A DNA stretch of 64,000 nt from a bacterium (GTDB taxonomy: Bacteria; Zixibacteria; MSB-5A5; GN15; FEB-12), in contig JBDRNJ010000084.1 in NCBI GenBank assembly GCA_043811375.1, forward strand, positions 54,972-118,971, read 5' to 3'. Position 1 is the stretch's first letter. The number at the start of each line of letters is the position of its first letter. The notes beneath the pieces are model-generated. The model saw only the letters and a list, made by a program, of their open reading frames with translations. It did no database searches and was not told the origin of the DNA. Of this stretch, positions 58,305-64,000 are shown in pieces. The translations under genes were made by a program, and so were the position numbers.

Positions 58305-59048
58305 ATGCTGGATGAAATTGTCGCTGCCGTTCGCAACTGCCGCACCTGTGCGGTCCTGACCGGAGCCGGGATTTCCGCGGAGTCGGGAGTGCCCACTTTC
58401 CGTGGGGATGAAGGCCTGTGGAAAAAGTTTCGGGCAGAAGAACTGGCTACTATGTCGGCGTTCATCAGCAACCCCAATATCGTCTGGGAATGGTACAACT
58501 GGCGGCGACAGATCATCTCCGAAGTCAAACCTAACCCGGGGCACTATGCCCTGCGTGACCTTGAAAAGCGATTCGAGAGCTTTTCGCTGATAACCCAGAA
58601 TATCGACGGTTTGCACCAGGCGGCCGGTTCCGAGAACGTTATTGAACTGCACGGCAATATCTATCGCAACAAGTGTGTGAACTGCGACCGCCAGTGTGAC
58701 ATTGAAACCGAGATTGACCCTGACAATATCCTGTCCTGCTCCGAGTGTGGTGGCAGAATACGGCCGGATGTCGTCTGGTTCGGGGAAATGCTTGATGGTC
58801 GTATCATCAGCCGTGCCTTTGAGGAAGCCAATCGGGCTCAGTTGTTTTTCTCCATCGGGACATCGGCGGTGGTGCACCCGGCTGCCGGCCTGCCGATTGC
58901 AGCCAAACACAGTGGAGCAACTCTGATTGAGATCAATCCGGAGGCAACGCCCCTGACGGAAATTGCCGACCATTACGTGGCGGCTCGATCCGGTGAATTC
59001 CTGCCCCAATTGGTCGCCCGACTCAACGAGGTGGCGCCTCCCGACTGA
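58305..59048 (+). CDS. cobB: NAD-dependent protein deacylase (sirtuin)
   Basis: [27 protein letters not shown], zinc CxxC pairs, RPDVVWFGE and GTS motifs. Confidence 0.94.
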   Translation: MLDEIVAAVRNCRTCAVLTGAGISAESGVPTFRGDEGLWKKFRAEELATMSAFISNPNIVWEWYNWRRQIISEVKPNPGHYALRDLEKRFESFSLITQNIDGLHQAAGSENVIELHGNIYRNKCVNCDRQCDIETEIDPDNILSCSECGGRIRPDVVWFGEMLDGRIISRAFEEANRAQLFFSIGTSAVVHPAAGLPIAAKHSGATLIEINPEATPLTEIADHYVAARSGEFLPQLVARLNEVAPPD

Positions 59049-59115
59049 AATGGTGCGACCCTGATCGGGATAGGTGGTATAAGAAGTGACCGGGGACATA
59101 TCCCGGATAGACCAG

Positions 59116-61218
59116 ATGACAGAACACATTAGACAAACAGTTCGGTACCTGCTGCTGGTGGTATTTGCAGCCGGCCTGGCGACCGGTTGCGTTTACTATA
59201 ATACCTTCTTTCATGCCCGCGAAGCGTTTAACTCTGCCGAGAAAGCTCGCAAGCAGAGTACTTTCGGACAGCCGATGATCAGGACCGCCGACTACAAGAA
59301 AGCTATAGAAAAGTCTCTTAAGGTCGTTGAAAATCATCCCAAGTCGAAGTGGTACGACGATGCCGTCCATGTGTTGGCGGTATCTTATTATTATACCAAG
59401 CAATACCGCAACTCGGAACGACGCTGCCGCGAGTTGCTGGTCAATTATGCCGAATCCAAATACGCTCAGGACGCCACGTTGTACCTGGCCAAATCCAAGC
59501 TGGCGCAAAACGAAGTTGATGCCGCTATGGAGATGTTTACCGAGCTGTTTGATGGTGAGACCAGCCGGGGCTTCAAGGCGGAGGCAGCTATGGCGCTGGG
59601 CACATACCACTTCGATGATCACCGCAATGCCGAGGCTCAGCGCTACTTTATGGCAATACGTGATTCCCTGGGCAACGAACAGGAGAAAAAAGTCGCACAG
59701 ACCTACATAGCCGACGGTTACTTCCAGATGTTCAAATTCAAGGATGCCCTGGGTGCCTACCTGCAATTGTTAGGCATGGACCCCGACCGAAATGAGAAAT
59801 ACCATTCCTTGTTCCGAGCTTCCCAGTGCTCGTATATGACCCAGCAAATCAACGACGGGCAGGACTACCTGCAGACATTGGTACAAAACGAGACTTACTT
59901 CGATTCGCTGGGGGTTCTGAAACTGAAGCTGGCTGAAGGGTACGAACTCAAGGATGATCTCGATCGGGCCGAGGCCATTTATCAGCAGATAGTCACTGAG
60001 GAGAAAAATCCCAAAGTCGCAGCGCAAGCCGGCTACACGCTGGGGCTGATCTATCAGTATGATTACGACGACCTGACGAAGGCCAAAGAATACTACGATA
60101 AAACGGTCGAGCTGGATCGCAACTCGGATGATGGCCGGGAAGCTCTGCAGCGTTCTTCCGACATCGGCAAACGGGTAACTTTCGCGCGTACACTGGAGAT
60201 CGATTCCACCACTACCCAGGATGCCATCGACAACGCCGGTTATGCGCAGTATCAACTGGCCGAATTATACTGGTTCAAACTAAACAAACCCGATACCGCT
60301 ATCCTGGAGATGCAGTACTTGGTGGATTCTTTTCCCACCGCCTACGATGCTCCCAAAGGGATGATCAGTCTGTCACAGATGATACGGGAACATGAAAGTG
60401 ACACGGCCCGAGCTGACTCCATTCTCCATTCGGTGCAGCAGAAATACCCGAGATCGGATTATGTAGTGGAAGCGCTTGAGTTGCTGGGGCTGATCGGTAC
60501 TGCCGCCGACACCGGTTACGCCGGAGCTTACATCAAAAAGGCCGAGCAGTTTCTTATCGATGAAGATAACGTTGATTCCGCGAGGGCTTACTACTCTTAC
60601 GTGGTTGACAATTACACTGAATCCGAATACTACCTGCAGGCGCGCTTTACTCTCATCTGGCTGACGGAAACGTATGACAGCCCGGGCGATTCGTCGCTCA
60701 TCTTTGCCTACCAGGAGTTTGCCGATTCATTTCCCGGTACTTCCTGGTCAACGGAGGCGCTGAAACGTACTGCCGGATCTCCGGCGCAGAAACGGGTTAT
60801 TGAACAACAGGCCGATTCTATCCAGACCGAGACCGGTCCCGGGGCAGAGGATACTACCGCCTCCGACACGGGCTATGTGGACCCCAGTGTAGCACGTTAT
60901 ACGGCCCCTGACGGCAGCCGCGTTATAAACATGCCGGATCAAATGAGACCCCTGGAGGTCCTCGAACCGTTTGAATACCCGACCGAGGCTTATGCCTCCA
61001 AATTCGAAGGAATTCTGTATTTCCAGATCCGTCTTGATTTTACCGGGGAAGTGACGGAGTATGTTTTCAATACCCGCTCCGGGATCGTAGAGATTGACCG
61101 GTTGGCCGAGCTGGAAGTTGCCTCGACCATTTTCGATGTGTCCCGGTTGCGGTTGGAAGAACAGGAGTTGTGGTTTCTGTACAAATTTGAAGTGAAATTG
61201 CCGGGGCATTTGCGATGA
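59116..61218 (+). CDS. TPR lipoprotein (SprE/PorW-like N-terminus) with C-terminal TonB_C-like domain
   Basis: ATGC lipobox then VYYNTFFHA; HPKSKWYDDA; many TPRs; C-terminal EYPTEAY..EG..GEV..SG..IDRLA. Confidence 0.75.
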   Translation: MTEHIRQTVRYLLLVVFAAGLATGCVYYNTFFHAREAFNSAEKARKQSTFGQPMIRTADYKKAIEKSLKVVENHPKSKWYDDAVHVLAVSYYYTKQYRNSERRCRELLVNYAESKYAQDATLYLAKSKLAQNEVDAAMEMFTELFDGETSRGFKAEAAMALGTYHFDDHRNAEAQRYFMAIRDSLGNEQEKKVAQTYIADGYFQMFKFKDALGAYLQLLGMDPDRNEKYHSLFRASQCSYMTQQINDGQDYLQTLVQNETYFDSLGVLKLKLAEGYELKDDLDRAEAIYQQIVTEEKNPKVAAQAGYTLGLIYQYDYDDLTKAKEYYDKTVELDRNSDDGREALQRSSDIGKRVTFARTLEIDSTTTQDAIDNAGYAQYQLAELYWFKLNKPDTAILEMQYLVDSFPTAYDAPKGMISLSQMIREHESDTARADSILHSVQQKYPRSDYVVEALELLGLIGTAADTGYAGAYIKKAEQFLIDEDNVDSARAYYSYVVDNYTESEYYLQARFTLIWLTETYDSPGDSSLIFAYQEFADSFPGTSWSTEALKRTAGSPAQKRVIEQQADSIQTETGPGAEDTTASDTGYVDPSVARYTAPDGSRVINMPDQMRPLEVLEPFEYPTEAYASKFEGILYFQIRLDFTGEVTEYVFNTRSGIVEIDRLAELEVASTIFDVSRLRLEEQELWFLYKFEVKLPGHLR

Positions 61219-62006
61219 CCAGACCAGGCTGCGAAGATACTGTGGTCATCGCCAACCGGAATCTCAGGCATGGATACCATGCCCTCACACTGGGCCACTT
61301 TCGCCGGGCCGTCGGCTGTCGACCGGGTCAGTTTGTGCATGTACGTATCCCCTCGGACAAGGTCTTCTTCCGGCGTGCGTTCTCGGTGGCGGGTATCACC
61401 GTTTCCGGTGGAATTGAGATCATTCTGAAAGTGGTGGGCCGGGGCACTCAAGTCCTGGCCGGACTGCACCGGGGAACAGTGGTGAATCTCCTGGGACCTT
61501 TAGGAAAGCCTTTTCGACTGCCTCTCAAGAACGAAACCACACTGATGGTGGCGGGCGGTGTAGGTTTTCCACCGCTTTTGTTCCTGGCCGCTGAGATGAT
61601 CAATCGCGGCTGCAATCCCAAACAAATCGTCTTTTTCTACGGTGGTCGATCGGCGGCCGACGTCATCGGACGGTCCCGGCTCAAACGGCTCGGAGTCGTC
61701 TTTCGGCCGGTGACCGAGAACGGTTCACTGGGAGAAACGGGTCTGGTGACGGAACCGGTGCATGAATTCATGACGACTCACAGCGATCAACAATTACGGA
61801 TATATGCCTGTGGCCCTCCGGGAATGTTAAAGGTCGTCGACCAACTGGGTCGGAGTCTGGGCGTGCCGGGGCAGCTTTCTCTCGAGGCTCCCATGCCGTG
61901 CGGCCTGGGTCTCTGCCTGGGCTGTGTAGTGCCGCTGACCGACGGCGGCCAGGCCCGCGTCTGCAGTGACGGGCCGGTGTTCAATATCGGGGAGGTCGCC
62001 CTGTGA
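61215..62006 (+). CDS. pyrK: Dihydroorotate dehydrogenase electron transfer subunit
   Basis: PGQFV, GPLG, GGVG.PP, CGP and MPCGLGLCLGC..CSDGPVF motifs. Confidence 0.92.
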   Translation: MTRPGCEDTVVIANRNLRHGYHALTLGHFRRAVGCRPGQFVHVRIPSDKVFFRRAFSVAGITVSGGIEIILKVVGRGTQVLAGLHRGTVVNLLGPLGKPFRLPLKNETTLMVAGGVGFPPLLFLAAEMINRGCNPKQIVFFYGGRSAADVIGRSRLKRLGVVFRPVTENGSLGETGLVTEPVHEFMTTHSDQQLRIYACGPPGMLKVVDQLGRSLGVPGQLSLEAPMPCGLGLCLGCVVPLTDGGQARVCSDGPVFNIGEVAL

Positions 62007-62923
62007 AAATTGACCTGAAAGTCTCGTTAGCCGGGGTTGAGTTGGCCAATCCGATCATGACCGCCTCGGGATGTTGTGGTTACGGGGAAGAACTGGCCCG
62101 CATTTTCCCGTTGTCAAAGCTGGGCGCGCTGGTCACCAAATCGATAACTCTCAAGCCGCGTTCGGGGCACCCCTCTCCGCGCACGGCTGAAACGACTGCA
62201 GGAATGCTTAACGCCATCGGGCTGGCCAATGTCGGTGTCGATCGTTTCCTGAAAGAGAAGGTTCCCTTTCTAAGCGGTCAACGGACCAGTGTCATCGTCA
62301 ACGTGGCCGGCTCCACGCTTGATGAATACGTGGAAGTCAGCGCCCGGTTGAATGATTGCCCGCGAGTTGATATGATCGAACTGAATATCAGTTGCCCCAC
62401 CGTCGATGCCGGCGGCATGGAATTCGGCGCTCGTCCCGACCTGACGGAGAAAACGGTGGCCGCCGTCAAACGGGTCTTTACGCGACCGGTGATTGCCAAG
62501 CTCTCGCCGAACGTGACCAGTATTGTCGATATCGCCAGGGCTGCTGAGCAGGGTGGTGCCGATGTCCTGTCGTTGATCAATTCGGTAGTCGGTACGGCGG
62601 TGGATATCGATACCTGGAAAATGCGACTGACCAACAATAAAGGCGGTCTTACCGGCCCGGCCATCAAACCTATCGCCCTGGCCAAAGTTGACGCTGTTTA
62701 CAACCATACGAGCCTGCCGGTGATTGGCATCGGCGGCATCGCTGACTATCGGGATGTAATCGAGTTCCTGCTGTGTGGCGCTACCGCGGTTCAGATAGGC
62801 ACCGCGCTGTTCATCGAACCGGAAACACCGATCAAAGTAGTCAACGACCTGAAGAAATATCTTAAACAAAAAAAGCTGCGGTCAGTTGCTGACCTGGTCG
62901 GACAAGTGAGGAAATACCGATGA
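62003..62923 (+). CDS. pyrD: Dihydroorotate dehydrogenase B catalytic subunit
   Basis: NPIMTASG, GMLNAIGLAN, ELNISCP, KLSPN and GGLTGPAIKP motifs. Confidence 0.94.
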   Translation: MKIDLKVSLAGVELANPIMTASGCCGYGEELARIFPLSKLGALVTKSITLKPRSGHPSPRTAETTAGMLNAIGLANVGVDRFLKEKVPFLSGQRTSVIVNVAGSTLDEYVEVSARLNDCPRVDMIELNISCPTVDAGGMEFGARPDLTEKTVAAVKRVFTRPVIAKLSPNVTSIVDIARAAEQGGADVLSLINSVVGTAVDIDTWKMRLTNNKGGLTGPAIKPIALAKVDAVYNHTSLPVIGIGGIADYRDVIEFLLCGATAVQIGTALFIEPETPIKVVNDLKKYLKQKKLRSVADLVGQVRKYR

Positions 62924-63818
62924 GTGCGCTGAAGAAACTTAAAGAAATACAAGCTGAACGGCAGACAATAATGTGCCTCGGTCTCGATCTTGATACCAAG
63001 CGGATGCCCCACGATTACACCAAGAACATTAAAACGATGTACGATTTCGCGGCGGCTGTTATCGATGCGACATCCGATCTGGTGTGCGCCTATAAACCCA
63101 ATCTGGCCTTTTATGAAAGTCTCGGCGCCGAAGGGTTGTCACTGCTACGGCAGATAGTGACACGCATTCCCAAAGAGATTCCGGTCATCCTCGACGCCAA
63201 ACGGGGCGATATCGGCAACACCGCGGCCCACTATGCCGATGCTTTATTTGACAGATTGAGTGCGGACTGGGTAACACTGAATCCCTATATGGGGTATGAT
63301 TCATTGCGTCCTTTTCTGGAGCGTAAAGACAAAGGAGTATTCATCCTGGCCCTGACTTCGAATCCGGGTTCGCGGGACTTCCAGCAACTGGTTGTCGATG
63401 GGAAACCACTATACCGGATTGTAGCGGAAAAAGTCCTCTACTGGAACAAGGATGATAACTGCGGCCTGGTGTTCGGAGCCACCGCCCCCGAACAACTGAA
63501 AGAGATGCGACAGATATGCGGAGATATGCCGTTGCTGATCCCCGGTGTGTGGGAGCCCAGGGAGGATCTCTGGAAAAGGCAGCCGGTTACGGAACCGACA
63601 ACTTCAAAAAAACAGCGCTGATCAATGTATGTCGATCGGTACTGTACGCCTCCCGCAACAATGATTTTGCCCAGCGCGCTCGGCAAGAGCTTTCCAAGCT
63701 CAATGCAGTCGTCAACTCTCTGCGCGGCAGTAAAGAGGAAACAAAGAACCAATCCGACCACGAACCCGAAACCACAGCGCCGACGGAAGAACAGCAGTCG
63801 GAAGAAAAATCCTCCTGA
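62920..63818 (+). pseudogene. pyrF: Orotidine-5'-phosphate decarboxylase split by a +2 frameshift near 63550
   Basis: KPNLAFYE, DAKRGDIGNT, TSNPGS and GAT motifs; LIPG continues in another frame as VGAQGG..INVCRSVLYA. Confidence 0.85.
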
Positions 63819-63860
63819 TCAAAACTATGCTCTGCACTATTTTGATCAGAGCAAGGTCCG

Positions 63861-64000
63861 TGTATGACCGGTTACATAGGATACACATTAGACCGGTTAC
63901 ATAGGTAACACTTTTTTTGATTCAGGGTCTTTGTTGTCATCATTGTTCTTCTTCTGTTTTCGTTTTCTTGGCAGGTGAATCAAGCGTTTCTCAAAGCCAT
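63861..64000 (-). mobile_element. Right end of an IS481-family element, including the transposase 3' end (63897-64000); runs off right edge
   Basis: Terminal TGT followed by two GACCGGTTACATAGG repeats; minus-strand frame ends ...DPESKKVLPM-stop inside the repeats. Confidence 0.7.

Overview
A 64-kb chromosomal window from a GC-rich bacterium. It is probably candidate phylum Zixibacteria (FCB superphylum), inferred from 'LVAYLFQGGPAP'-type dockerin tails and 'QNYPNPFNP...KKMxLLK' C-terminal sorting domains. Housekeeping content: a B12-binding radical SAM/DUF2344 fusion, coaX, class II RNR (nrdJ), ispE-spoVG-tRNA-Gln-prs-rplY, a phosphomannomutase, a sirtuin and pyrK-pyrD-pyrF (pyrF is frameshifted). 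A ~19-kb energy locus at 23.6-42.4 kb starts with a receiver-less sigma54 activator divergent from a sigma54 promoter. It then runs through a histidine kinase, a REC-REC protein, an SLC13/DASS transporter, a REC-CBS protein and a porin to a group 3b [NiFe] sulfhydrogenase. Its maturation genes include a zinc-finger-less HypA and a tandem DsrC/TusE-like protein. Accessory DNA includes a RAYT flanked by two inverted GTAG REPs, a low-GC Panacea antitoxin abutting a convergent RelE/ParE-like gene, an eroded integrase island between convergent tRNA-Leu and tRNA-Ser, and an IS481-type end at the right edge. The strongest non-coding signals are a phased array of seven TGTGA-N6-TCACA (Rex/CRP-like) palindromes at 51.1-51.5 kb, upstream of a large Cys-rich cohesin/dockerin-type secreted protein, and two orphan promoter-hairpin-terminator units (candidate sRNAs at 12.4 and 20.9 kb). 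All family calls are by-eye motif recognition; no searches were run.
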